A stretch of DNA of 64,000 nucleotides from Octopus vulgaris (GCA_951406725.2 OX597829.1:56544001-56608000), one strand, 5' to 3'; counted from the stretch's first letter, positions 1-12,476 are shown. The notes: generated by a model from the letters alone, not told the origin. Translations and numbers: made by a program.

Positions 1-624
1 TTTCAAGATTCCATTTAGAGCCTGGTGTGTAGTCATAAATTTGTGAGGAGAGATCGCATGATGCCTGTGTATGTACATCTATGCTAAATGACAGTGAAAC
101 TTTGACTACAGAGGACTTGTGTGGACTTGAAAGAAATGAAGCCAGCATTCCCCACTGAATGGGTAATATCAGTGTGCACACACACACAACTGAGTGTAAA
201 TGATTTAAGAGGCATCAGATGATGTGTGCAAGAGGTAAGACTGTGCTGGTTTGGTCATGTGATGCCAAGCTCTAATTGTGGAGAGTACCTATGGAAGGGG
301 TAAACCCACGAAGACATGGGGTGGAGTGGTGAGAAAGGATCTTTGGATGCTGGGCTTCACTGACAAAATGAGAAGCAACCAGTAAAATCTCTGTCATCCA
401 TACATAAAGCCTTGTCCTTTACAGATGCTGGTACCATAAAATACACTCGTGCCGGTGCTGTATAAATGCGTCCATGCCAGTGGTTGGTGTTGGGAAGAGC
501 ATCCAGCCATAGAAACCATGCTACAACTGACAATTGGAGCCTGGAGTGTTCCCCAGCTTGACCAGTTCCATGTCAAACCATCCAACTCATGCCAGCATGG
601 AAAACAGGCGTTAAATGATGATGA
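1..624 (+). mobile_element. RTE-clade LINE 3' fragment (ORF end + 3' UTR, (GAT)n tail)
   Basis: Decayed RL.WFGHV...G.GKP.KTW C-terminal RTE motif (~235-320), then a 3' UTR ending ccatgccagcatggaaaac...gatgatga shared with many copies in the window. Confidence 0.75.
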
Positions 625-904
625 AAATGGGAATGTAAGATTTGAAATGATCATATGAAGAATAGGAGAGCAAGTGATAACCCACTGTCCCCATCCCTTA
701 TATTTTGTGTTTATTATATGCCAGACATTGGTAGTTTCTTGTGTAAACACAATCGTCATGCCAGGTTGTTTTTTTGTTTGTTTTTGTAGAAGGTGGTTGC
801 ATTTATTGTTGCAGTGATGGAACCTTCACAAGTTATTTCTTAATTTAAATGAGCCATCTTCAACTAGCCAGAAACAACTATTTTCACTAATTCATTATCT
901 AAAT

Positions 905-1155
905 CAGAAGTTCGTCATTATTTTTTACTTAATGATCCTTTCACTTTTATTTTACCCTACTGGACCTCCATAGCCATTTGATGTTTACTAAAAAATATCC
1001 CACAATTTTTTTTTTATTAGGAATTGTATATAAAAAGAATTAAAATATTTTGTATACTGTAAAAGTATAACCGATTTATTGTACATAAATTTCAATAGCA
1101 AAATCTGTTATGGACCCCTACTAAGGGCCATGTGGGCTCTAGTTGAGAACCACTG
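905..1155. mobile_element. hAT-type MITE
   Basis: 8-bp TSD ATCTAAAT at 897-904 and 1156-1163; right TIR gttgagaaccactg; degenerate left TIR cagaagttcgtca. Confidence 0.75.
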
Positions 1156-1466
1156 ATCTAAATTATACCTCAGTACAACTCATCATGAAACCTGATAGAA
1201 ATGACAGGAAAGGCATCCCACCAAGGGAAATCTTTCTAAATAAACCAATTGATATACACTCATGAATTGTATATCACATACAACCCACCCCCTTTTTTTT
1301 TTCTTCCACTTGTTTAAAACAATAATGGTCTTTTGAATATTTTCAGTCTTTCTTAACCATTTTTTTCATTTTCTAAACAAAACACACATTGACATTTTTG
1401 TTTTCTTTCTCAAACTCAACGGCAAATATAAATTCCTCAAGAAATATTTTGCATATTCTGCGTCTG

Positions 1467-1668
1467 AATGCAGCTAGCAGAATCATCAACATGCCAGGTA
1501 AAATGCTTAGTGGCATTTCTTCTGGCTCTTTATGTTCAAATTCTGCCAATGTTGTCTTTGCCTTTCATCCTTTCAGGATCGATAAAATAAGTACCAGTCA
1601 TGTACTGAGGTTGATGTAAATCCTCCTCATCTGAAACTACTGTTCTTGTGCCAAAATTTTATAATCAA
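1467..1668 (+). mobile_element. tRNA-derived SINE, family B
   Basis: Aligns by eye with copies at 19177-19370, 20111-20327 and 34757-34960 (gttcaaattc B-box, ctttgcctttcatcctttc, gataaaataagtaccagt). Confidence 0.7.
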
Positions 1669-1721
1669 TGTCATTCAGTGTGTCACCACTCATATTATTG
1701 TTATTTATTTATTTATTTCAG

Positions 1722-1899
1722 GTGCCTGTGGCCTTACCCATAATTTTGTTCTTTGTGAGTCTGATAATTGTAGCATTAACATTTTATGAAAAACCATATG
1801 AGAGCCTTTTCGCCACTGGAGTTGTTGCTGTTGGTTGTCTCATATATTTATTCTGTGTGAGATGGAAGAATAAACCTTTGAAAATGAGGACTATATTAT
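1722..1899 (+). CDS. Penultimate coding exon, SLC7 L-type amino acid transporter (LAT/y+LAT/b0,+AT-like), last two TM helices
   Basis: tttcag acceptor ending 1721; gtaagt donor at 1900; VPVALPIILFFVSLIIVALTFYEKPYESLFATGVVAVGCLIYLFCVRWKNKP matches the SLC7 light-chain C-terminal pattern (W.NKP after the last TM). Confidence 0.9.
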
Positions 1900-2136
1900 G
1901 TAAGTATTTATAAACAGGATTTTATTACATATTACACAAATTCATTCAATATTTCAACATTAACCCTTTAGTGTTTAAACTAGCCCCCATATCTAGGGCC
2001 CAAATATTCTACCAGATTCATGTTCAAACTGGCCACTGACTTCTCATATACACCCTGTAATGAATGATTAATTTAAAACTATGTCAATGCTAATGAGTTT
2101 GCAAGGCCTTATAGTAAAGCATGTATTAATTTAATT

Positions 2137-2299
<163 letters not shown>

Positions 2300-2582
2300 G
2301 TATCAATAAGCTGCTATGGGACTTTACTGTGTCCAGATTTTGTGGAATGCAATCATTAGTTCATGCATGCAATGCATGTATATAGGTGGCCCTTGACTTT
2401 TTGTATTCAAAAGGCTTTTTACAAACCAATATTTACATGCTGTTCTTTATAGCTGTGTGTGATGTGCTTCCAAGAACCATTATTCCATAACAGAATTATT
2501 TCATGTTCTCTCAATAGTTTATAAAATTCATATGACATTAAGAATAAGTATGTGTGCATACACACATATATCCGTCTCTCTC

Positions 2583-2629
<47 letters not shown>

Positions 2630-2775
2630 TACGTGCGTGTACATAAGGAAGTGTGGTTACTAAATACCATTATAAAGCATGAAAGCTGTTTCCCTCCAGA
2701 TCATTGCATGTATTTCCACATATTTTAAATATTGAAGTTTTATGACGTTGCTTTTTATTTTTCTGTTTGTTTCAG

Positions 2776-2852
2776 ATAAAATCACATGTGTTCTGCAGAA
2801 GACACTAGATGTAGTTGAGGTTGATGTTGATGAGGAATTGAATTGGGATTAG
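2776..2852 (+). CDS. Final coding exon of the SLC7 transporter
   Basis: Polypyrimidine tract and ttcag acceptor ending 2775. A phase-1 join (T+AT=Tyr) gives YKITCVLQKTLDVVEVDVDEELNWD*, containing the T..LQK...VV motif of SLC7 light chains; TAG at 2850-2852. Confidence 0.88.
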
Positions 2853-3374
2853 AAATGTGAAAGTATCATCAGAATTGAAAGACCTCAATGCACCAGATCA
2901 GAAAATAAGAAGAGCACTTTCTGACTGTTATCTTTGGATCCTGTATAGGTTCTGTCTCTAGTCATTTAGTGGTTACCACATATAACTATATATATATACA
3001 TACATATATACACATATATATATATATATAGCATGTATGATTATGATCAAAGACTTTATAGGAAGCTATATATTTCTTGAGATATTACTTTTCACAAATA
3101 TTTTGTGCCTCTCACGAAAGCTGGAATGTTTGATTCATTAAAATTTACCTGTTTTTCTAAATTCTTCTGTGTTATTATTTTTTTAATTATACAGTTGAGG
3201 CCTTGCATAATAGCATTTTTCTATAATATTTTTATAACGTGGACACATGTGCATATGCACACACACACACATTTTGAGTGAGTTTAGCCATCAACCAAAA
3301 CTGAAAGCATGAAATAACACAAAATTAACAATATATATATATATATATATATATGCATATGTGTGTGTACATGT

Positions 3375-4100
3375 ATCATCAGCATTTAACTTCTGTTTTC
3401 CAGACTGTCATGGATTGGATGGCATGACAGAAACTGGCAAGAACAGAGGCTGCACCAGGCACCATGATCTGTTGTGGCATGGTGTCTACAGGTGGATGTC
3501 CTTCCTAATGCCAACCACTCTACAGAGTGTACTGGGTGCTTTTTATGTGGCACCTTGGTTTTAGGATCTCAATTCTGTTGTGGTGGTAGGTCTTCTCTAT
3601 GTGCCACATATCTTGGTCTTCTGTAATCTCCTTTGTACAGCATTTTGAGACCATCCTTCACTACTTTTCCCTGTGTCTTCCAGGGACCCCTTTCCCACAA
3701 TTTCCCTCCAATTTAAGTGATCAGCACTTCTTTATGCAAATGTCCTCATCCATCTGCATCACATGACCAAACCAGTGCAGTCCCCCCTCCCTTGCACACT
3801 GCATCTAATTCCTCATATGTCCAACTCCTCTCTTGATACACCAATGCTCTGTTGCACATCCAGCAGAGCATACCAGCTTTATTCCTCTCCAGCCTTTGCA
3901 GGTCTTCTGCATTCAGGGTCCACACATCACTACCATGCAGTATTACAGTTCATACACATGCATCATACAATTTTCCCTCCATTTGGAAAGAGAGACCTTT
4001 GGTTGACAACAGAGTAAAAGCTCTCTCAACTCACTCCATCCTATTCTTATTCTAAGAATTACACTTTCTGTGCAGCCTCCTCCACTGCTAATTAGGTGTG
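3375..4100 (-). mobile_element. RTE LINE 3' fragment
   Basis: Minus strand reads GGGCTESVILRIRIGWSELRELL (same as 55869-56141), followed by an RTE-type 3' UTR and tail. Confidence 0.75.
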
Positions 4101-5687
4101 AGTGTTGAATTGTTGGTAAATAATCAGAGAACAACCTGGGATTAAAAAGATTCTTGGCAACAGCATCCTTTCTAGTGCTGGTGCTACAATAAAACTTGCT
4201 CACTACACTCTCTGAAGTGATGTTTTGTGATGGAGCCTCAAGCTGGAACATTCAAGAACTGCTCTGATTCATCGAGTTATACAGAAACTCTGAACAAGAA
4301 AGAACTGGCTCAATCTGTGAAAACATGTCCAGCCATGTCGGTAATATTACCTTGCTTAGAAACGTGTGAGAACCAGCCACGTAGTGTAACTGGCTATAGA
4401 AAATCTTTCTCAAACTCCATCCAACCCATGTGAGCAGTGAACAATGAGAATGATGACGTATATATGTATGTATGTGTAATTTATTGTTTCATTACAGTAT
4501 GATCAACAATGAATGTACTCCATCCAGTGAGAGATAGATATCATTTAATGTACACAGTAGCTCTTATCTTTATATTGTGTACATTAATGATATATGTACA
4601 TGTGTATCTATATATGTGCGTATGTGTATCTCTCTTTCTCTCTCTATATATATATATGTTTTTTACATACGTATGTATCTTTCTCTCACACACATCAATC
4701 TTTGTTGATTCACCAAGGAATATTAAATTACAGGACTCCGTATGTAAGTGTTAATTATTCTTTAATGGCTCTAGATTGACAGTTTTATGTTTTCCTGCCC
4801 TCTCCACTGCTAATCTGACCCTGTTGCTTCTTAAATTATCTAATGTTTGAATATATATGTTAAAATATTATTATACAAATGCTATTGAAAAATGTTTATT
4901 TCTATATTTTTTTTAAATGTCATCTAATTAATATAGCTGTTTCAAGCTTGCATTTTCCATCTCATTCCTGGTATTCATGGGAATATGAAAATATTCCAAA
5001 TCTACTTGCTGTTTAAACATTTTCTTTTTTTAAACCACTCACTTTGACACAAATGCTTTTTACTAAAGCAATCTGAAAAGGAGGCTGAAACATATATAAC
5101 GATGCTAACAATTCTTTTTTTTTTCTTTCTGAGTGCTAAAGGATTAGCACCACATTTTTGATTTGTACTTTGTCTGCAATCAGCCAAATAATTTAAAATT
5201 CATTAAAGACTTGTCTCATGTAAGCACTCTTCAAATTTCAAGAAAACCATAGCACATTTTTCATCAGGGCTGACAAATAAATATGAATTTTTATAATACT
5301 AATTTTTGGTTTCCCCAATAAATACTTGTGGTTCATTGCTGTTGTTTGTTTCTATTTAATATCTTACTATACTTATGTCTTGGAGGAAAATGGTAATCTA
5401 TCAAATTAAGGATTTCCCTATTTAGAATTGTTCTTACTGCTAAATTAGATATTGAGTTGTACCATGGAATATTCCTATTCATGTACTTGTTTACTCTCAG
5501 TGTCTGATCTTATTGGGAACCCATTATTTCTGAGTGTTTCCCTAGAACTTTACATTGTTATACCATATGTGTGTGTTTAAAAGTCTAATATTTTAGACCA
5601 GATTTTATTTTAAATTTCAGAGGTTAACATTTATACATGTAATACTTTTGAAGGGTTGAAATCTAAGGTACAAATTAAAGACCTGTA

Positions 5688-6490
5688 GGAAAGACTTCCG
5701 CCCATCTCCCTCACCCATTTTCTCGCAAATTTTTTTTTAATACTTTAAACCCACATTTTCGGATACAGAGATTCGGGAAAATTGCCAAAAATCAGAATTT
5801 TAACATTTTTTTGCCCCACCCTTACTCCTTCCCCACCCCAATTCTTTATTTTTCACTTTTCCATAAACCTAAACCTAAAACCCTAACCCTAAAACCCTAG
5901 CCCTAAAACCCTAACCCTTAAACCCTGACTCTAAAAACCATACCCTAGCCCTAAAAACCATACCCTAACCCTAAAACCCTAATCTTAAAACCTTAACCCT
6001 AAAATTCTGATCCTGAAACCCCAATCTTAAAACCCTAACTTTAAACCTAAACCCTAACCCTAATCTTAAAACCCTAAACCTAAAACCCTAACCCTAATCT
6101 TAAAACCTTGAACCTAAAACCCTAACACTAATCTTAAAACCCTAAACCTAAAGCCCTAAAACCCTAACCCTAGACCCTAGACCCTAACCCTAAAACCCTA
6201 ACCCTAATCTTAAAACCCTAAAGGTCTAACCCTAACCCTAAGTCGAAAAATTTTTGGAAATATTTTTTAGAATCATAATCTCTGTATTTTTCTGCATATT
6301 TTGAAAAAAAAAATTGTGATGAAAGTTGAAAATGAAGAATTTGGTGGTGGTGGGGGGTAATTTTAAAATGCCAATTTTTTTGCAGAGTTGTATTTTCCAT
6401 AGCCGAATACAGGAGTTTGTGTAGAAGAAAAAAGAATTAAGTAAAAAAAAATAGGAGTGTTTTTATGGGAGTACAAAAGGAAGTCTTGCC
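5688..6490. mobile_element. Non-autonomous TIR element (Mutator/Foldback-like) with telomeric-repeat core
   Basis: 9-bp TSD AGACCTGTA (5679-5687, 6491-6499); TIRs ggaaagacttcc / ggaagtcttgcc (11/12 match); subterminal inverted match 5831-5861 vs 6321-6357. Confidence 0.75.
5866..6241. repeat. Degenerate interstitial telomere-like (CCCTAA)n array
   Basis: Mix of ccctaa, ccctaaaa, cctaaa, ccctag and tcttaaaa units. Confidence 0.9.
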
Positions 6491-6649
6491 AGACCTGTAT
6501 CGATAGGAAAACACAACTGATTTCCCAAATGAATATCGGGAGAAACAAAATACTAACTGAATTATTATGGAAAGACATCTTGCGTGGACATCAAAACTGA
6601 AATCCTACTAAGTGAATATTACCCTGTTTTACTTGCTGTTTTACTTGTA

Positions 6650-6709
6650 TTCACTACTCTATATCGGTGAAGAGGATCGTTCACTACTCTATATCGGTGA
6701 AGAGGATCG
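6650..6709. repeat. Perfect 30-bp tandem duplication
   Basis: ttcactactctatatcggtgaagaggatcg occurs twice in tandem. Confidence 0.92.
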
Positions 6710-6714
6710 GCCTG

Positions 6715-6931
6715 CAAGAGTCATGTACCATATAAAAAGCACTCATACCAGTTCCACGTAAAAGCACCCTGCAGACTCTGTAAAGTGGTTGTTGGCGTTA
6801 GGAAGGGCATCCAGCCATAGAAACCATGCCAAATCAGACTGGAGCCTGGTACAGCGATCCAGCTTGGCAGCTCTGGTCAAACTGTCCAACCCATACCAAC
6901 ATGGAAAACTGACGTTACAGGATGATGATGA
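6715..6931 (+). mobile_element. RTE 3' UTR fragment
   Basis: ggcgttaggaagggcatccagcc...ccaaccca...gatgatgatga tail. Confidence 0.75.
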
Positions 6932-7332
6932 AGGTTACAAGTACTGGAATAAAAGAAAATAGTAAGTTTTAATTGTGCATATGAAACTGAAAAGAAATAT
7001 AGTTTGTTATTAAATTGCAAATACAAGGCAAAATGCCTAAACCTCCCAAACACAAAAGCTCACCAAAATCATGCAAGATCCCTCTGGTCATCATTTCCAG
7101 CATTGAATAAATATCCATAATCATCAGCAAGAATGACATCATATGGATTCTCTCCATCTTTGCTGTCTGTAAATAAAGATTGTACATCATTCACTGCTTC
7201 TTCAGTCATCATTAACTCAACATGTATTTATCTTCTGTTACCAGCCATTGTATTTTAAATGCCACACTTGTTGAATAATCTGATGATAATTTCATTATTT
7301 CTTTCTTACTATGAATTAACAATCTATTTACA

Positions 7333-7803
7333 TCAAAATCACAATCAGAATACCAGTCAAAATGGAAATTGTGGTTGTGGCCGATGCCAGTGCTGCCTGA
7401 CTGGCTCCCGTGCTGATGGCACGTAATAAGATCTGTTCAAGCATGGGTCGATGCCAGTGCCGCCTGACTGGCTTCCCGCGCCAGTGGCATGTAAAACGCA
7501 CCATCCAAACGTGGTCGATACCAATCCTCCCCACCCTGACTGGCTCCTGTGCCGGTAACAGATAAAAAGCACCATCTGAACATGGCCAATGCCAGTGCCC
7601 TCTGACTGGCTCCCATGTCGGTGGCACATAAAATGCACCCACTATACTCTCAAAGTGGTTGGCATAAGGAAGGGCATCCAGCTATAGAAACCTTGCCAGA
7701 TCAGATTGGAGTCTGGTGCAGCCATCTGGTTTGCCAGTCCTCAGTCAAACAATCCAACCCATGCCAGCATGGAAAACAGACATTAAACGATGATGATGAT
7801 GAT
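7333..7803 (+). mobile_element. 5'-truncated RTE copy (3' UTR with 4 modular units)
   Basis: Repeated gccagt..actggc / gtgccggtggcac..taaaa.gcacc units, then the conserved tail and (GAT)n. Confidence 0.8.
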
Positions 7804-8218
7804 TACAGACCAGCTGTATTTAGTGAACCCTACAGGACCCCTCACATACTGCCTCCTCTTATGAATGATTTTTCTCCTTTTCACATCCAGTTACTCTATC
7901 TTTATTAATTGATGCCAACATCAAATAGTTGCAGAACATCTATAAATTCATTGACAATTACTATTGTGTCACTGTTTTATGACCGGGCATTATCAACAAC
8001 ACTCTTCATTAGTTGTGACTTAAGCAGTCAAACAACCACTTTCCTTTCATCAGACTGCAAATTTCAAACTTTTCTCATCCATTGCATCTTCTAAACCTTT
8101 CATTTGTACATTTATAACTAATGCTTTTTGGAACAATTTTGATCTTAAAAACACTTTGTAAAGTGGTTGCGGTATGGAAGCAATTTGTTGACACACAGTA
8201 GACTCTCTGTATTCAATA

Positions 8219-9921
8219 CAGGGTGATCAGATGAAATGTAGACATATTTATTCAAATAACATTTTGATACAAAATGATAATTGTGCTTAAATAAAGCCCA
8301 GAAAATACAGATTAAGATGATATATTTAATTTTCAGTATATCCACCCTTGGCAGAGACTATCTGCTAGAGTCTCTTTACTCTTACTCTTTTTACTTGTTT
8401 CAGTCATTTGACTGCGGCCATGCTGGAGCACCGCCTTTAGTCGATCAAATCGACCCCGAAACTTATTCTTTGTAAGCCCAGTACTTATTCTATCGGTCTC
8501 TTTTGCCAAACCGCTAACTGGCGGGGACGTAGACACACCAGCATCGGTTGTCAAGCAATGCTAGAGGGACAAACACACACACATATATATATATACATAT
8601 ATACGACAGGCTTCTTTCAGTTTCCGTCTACCAAATCCACTCACAAGGCATTGGTCGGCCCGGGGCTATAGCAGAAGACACTTGCCCAAGATGCCACGCA
8701 GTGGGACTGAACCCGCAACCATGTGGTTGGTTAGCAAGCTACTTACCACACAGCCACTCCTGCGCCTGGGAAATTGTCTGGGAACAATTTGAGAGCAAAT
8801 GACACAAACAGTTTCTCTGGAGATTTTGTCCCAGCATTTTCACAATAAAAAGCTCAAGAGCTCTGAGACCCATGTGAGAATTAGCACAGGCTTTGCTCCC
8901 AAGGACAGACCATATGCCAAAATCCCTCGGATTTAAGTCAGGTGAAGAGTGGGGGCCAGAACTCTTTTGACCAGAATGTCTTGAAATGTCTCTCAACATC
9001 AGTCTTGGATGTTTTTAGCTGTATGAGATGTTGTGCCATCTTGTTGGAGAGTTACACCTATGTCTCCCTTTGTTGCAATAGCCCAAGGGATACTTTATCC
9101 TTTAACATGTCCAAATAAACATGTTGGTTGACTTTTACACCATCTTCAATGAAGATTAGAGGGGTTTTCATGCCATTTGAGGCCACACACTCCCACACCA
9201 TTATGGATGCAGGTTTCTGCCACTGAAAGAATAATCTTCGTTCAACAGGAATGTCCTCTTTATTTACTGCACAATCATTTTGTGGATTGTGGAATACTTT
9301 GCACACTGAATGACTTTTCATCTGTGTACAATATTGGTGGCTGTGTGCCATCTCTCAGTTTTTGCAGAAGAAGCTTGGATCTTGGCAGTCATTTTTTTTT
9401 TTTTTTTGTGACTTCAGACAAAAGATGTGCTTTTGATATCTTGTATGCGAATAATTGAAGATTATTTTTCAACAAATTATGCATAGTTCCATAGCTGGTT
9501 CCAGCTTCTGAAGCAAGTTTTCTGATGCTTCATTTTGGGTTACACCTGATCTTTTCTTTGGTATTTTTTATGAGTTTTTGAGATCTCACTTGTCAAGGTG
9601 GAGTAGTTCTCACACTTGGTAAGCCAGAACTGGTCTCTTTTATTCATTTGATTACTCTATAGACTCCTAATCTGCTGACAGTGGGTTTCAAAAATCTTGA
9701 AACTTTCTCTAGGAGTTTTCCCTTCCTTGAATAGTCCTTCAATTGCTTTACTTATTCCACACATCCTAGTTTAAATAATAGCTTCAAGTATATTAAATTT
9801 CAAGTATAAATTGGATTGAATTCTACCTTAAATGTTAAGAGTATTAAATTCCTGAAATAAGAAAAGTAATGTTAATTAAATTTCAGTAAAATAGATATTT
9901 GCACTTGAGTGGATCACCCTG
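8219..9921 (-). mobile_element. Tc1/mariner transposon, maT (DD37D)-like, decayed
   Basis: TIR ends cagggtgatc / gatcaccctg with flanking TA. Transposase pieces QKPASIMVW..VASNG.KTPLIFIEDGVKVN, QQDG and SSPDLNPRDFGIWSVL are broken by frameshifts and a SINE insertion. Confidence 0.85.
8372..8766 (-). mobile_element. tRNA-derived SINE, family A, full length (nested in the transposon)
   Basis: Head ggcgcaggagtggctgtgtggtaag...gggttcagtccc, internal microsatellite, tail ggtgctccagcatggccgcagtcaaatgactgaaac(aagagta)n. Confidence 0.9.
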
Positions 9922-9942
9922 TATATATATATATATATATAT

Positions 9943-10414
9943 CAAAATCAAATTCGATGACTGGCATCCATGCTACTGGAGCGCTAAGAGTACCATACAA
10001 GCGTGATCGTTGCCAGAGCAGCAAGCTGGCTTCCATGCCAATGGTATGTAAGAAGCACCATTTGAGCATGATCGTTACCTGCGTCACCTTACTGGCACTT
10101 GTACTGGTGGCACGTGAAAAAACATTCAAGCAAGATTGTTGCCAGTGCCGCTGGACTGGCCTCTGTGCAGGTGGCACATAAAAAGCACCATTTAAGCGTG
10201 GCCATTGCCAGTACCGCCTGACTGGCCCTCGTGCCGGTGGCACATAAAAGCACTCACTATACTCTTGGAGTGGTTGGCATTAGGATGGGCATCCAGCTGT
10301 AGAAATTCTGCCAGATCAGATTAGAGTCTGGTGCAGCCATCTGGTTCGCTAGACCTCAGTCAAATCGTCCAACCCATGCTAGCATGGAAAGCAGACATTA
10401 AATGATGATGATGA
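9943..10414 (+). mobile_element. 5'-truncated RTE copy (modular 3' UTR)
   Basis: Near-collinear with 57340-57750; (GAT)n tail. Confidence 0.82.
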
Positions 10415-11012
10415 TATATATATATATATCCTCAATTCTAGTATATACCACAATTCTTCTTAATAAATATATGCATAAATGCAAATTTGTTTGTATGTAC
10501 AAATATATATGCAAATATCATCATCTAAGCTAGCATGGGTTGGACAGTTTGACAGAATTTGAGAAGTCTAAGGACTATCCCATGTAACAATTTCTTCGCT
10601 GGCATGATTTCAACAGCTGAATGCCGTCCCTTACCAAAGTGTCCTCGATGTCCATTTTTCTTCTTTTCTTTTCTTTTTTGGTCTTGGTATCAGCACTAAT
10701 GATGATTGCCTCTTAACCTGAAAGGTTAAGAGCCCAAAGTAATCCCTTAGACAGGAGGTAAGTAAAAAAGAGTGTGGACAATGATTATTGGTGAAGAGAT
10801 GAAGAATGGTAAGTGGAGAGGATGGAGGAATGTGGAAGGTAACAGACTAGAGAGAAAAAAATTTGTGAAAGGACTTACTGAGAAAAAGGGTGGATCGTTT
10901 AATCAGTATAACATTATCCAATTTTTGTTTCGCATAGCTGTATCTTAGTGCTCACTCCTTTATAAGTTTCAGAGATGTGCATTACCTTTTCTCACCACCT
11001 TATATAGGTTAC

Positions 11013-11260
11013 TATCATCATCATCATCGTCATCGTCATCATCGTTTAACATCTGCTTTCCATGCTGGCATGTGTTGGATGGTTTGACTGAGGATTGGCA
11101 AGCCAGAAGGCTGCACCAGGCTCTAATCTGATCTGCTAAGCTGGATGCCCTTCTTAATGCTAACCACTCCAAAAGTGTAGTGGGTGCTTTTTATGTGCCA
11201 CCAGCACAAGAGCCAGTCAGGCGGCACTGGCAACAACCATGCTTGAATGGTGCTTTTCAA
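11013..11260 (-). mobile_element. RTE 3' UTR fragment
   Basis: Reverse complement of the same tail; (ATC)n at 11013-11044. Confidence 0.8.
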
Positions 11261-11458
11261 CTGACATATGGTGTTGTGCGTATCCATATGATAAAGCATA
11301 TTATATGAGCACTTTTAATAAATGAATAAGAATGATAAAATGTTTTATTAGAGCATTAAATATGCAAGTCTTTATTCAACATCAAACATTAACAATAAAC
11401 ATGAGGAGGTTATTAAAACAATATTTCTCTCAGCAAATTTTCCTACAGCAAAATTACC

Positions 11459-12476
11459 TAAAACCGGATTTGTGAAATAGACCGTGAAATTCTTTTTACA
11501 GTTCACTTGTCAAAAAAGTAAGTAGGTCTTCCAGATATTTGATCTGACGAATCTATCTTTTCATGTCTTAAAATTGAGATCATTTTCTTGAGGTATTTTC
11601 TTAAATCTGTTTAACTATTTCACTACAGATATTACTCTATCTAACAATTTGTTTATTTTCCCATGTGCTACCCTTAACAATTCTATTAATTTTCTCAAAC
11701 TACTCTGCTCTAAATTTTGTTAATGTGTATTGCATCTGCATCTTATTTTGAATATTTTCAAACTTTTTTCTTGGTTCCTTTGATCAGCCTGACCCTGACT
11801 TTTCCTGTGTAAACATAACAAGAGGAAGTACTGAATAAGCTCAAGCCATTCACAAGATTAGCCCATTTATGACAGATTATTCATCACTTTTACAAGCTCT
11901 ACCATTTGAATGTTTAACATTTTCTCACATTGTAACAAGTTCACCATCCACTATGGATGTTCTGTAATGTGAAAACACTTTTCCCATACACTTTAGGTTG
12001 TCTCTCCTATCTCAGATTCAGTGTAATTTCTACATAATCTTTGAGGAACTTTACACAGTATACATATTTCTCTTGCTCTTATGTTAGTTGCTTAATTGAA
12101 CAATCTTGTTTTATAAGATATTTCTTTGAAAAGAAATAAAACTGCCAAGGATGTAGATCAACAACCAAAATGGCCAATGCACATCGTATGAACTACTCCA
12201 AAACTAAGCAGACACAACGCAGGTTGAGATGTTTACTTTGTAACAAGGTAAACTCTGGATTTGATCCTACTTTTACTGTAGTTTGGGATAACCAATGCCT
12301 TTGTGGAATTCGGTACAAATCCAACATGTTCATCTAAAGCTGTCATCGTCTGTGAAATAAGATCTTCCCCTAAATATTTTCCAAAGAAATCAGTTTTGAT
12401 TTCTTCTAATTTTTAATCTCTTCTTTTACCTTTGTCAGTCACTCAAGATTGCCAACAAATTTTTGTCTTCTTTTTC
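11459..12476 (-). pseudogene. Possible decayed coding exon of unknown family
   Basis: Strong minus-strand acceptor (ctaat...ttttttcttttttccag) at 12477 and protein-like stretches (KTDFFGKYLGEDLISQTMTALDEH; SSLRKLIELLRVAHGKINKLLDRV), but stops occur in all frames. Confidence 0.25.

Noticed and set aside
5866-6241. True chromosome end or fusion scar
   Set aside because: Degenerate, single orientation, and enclosed by TIRs and a TSD.
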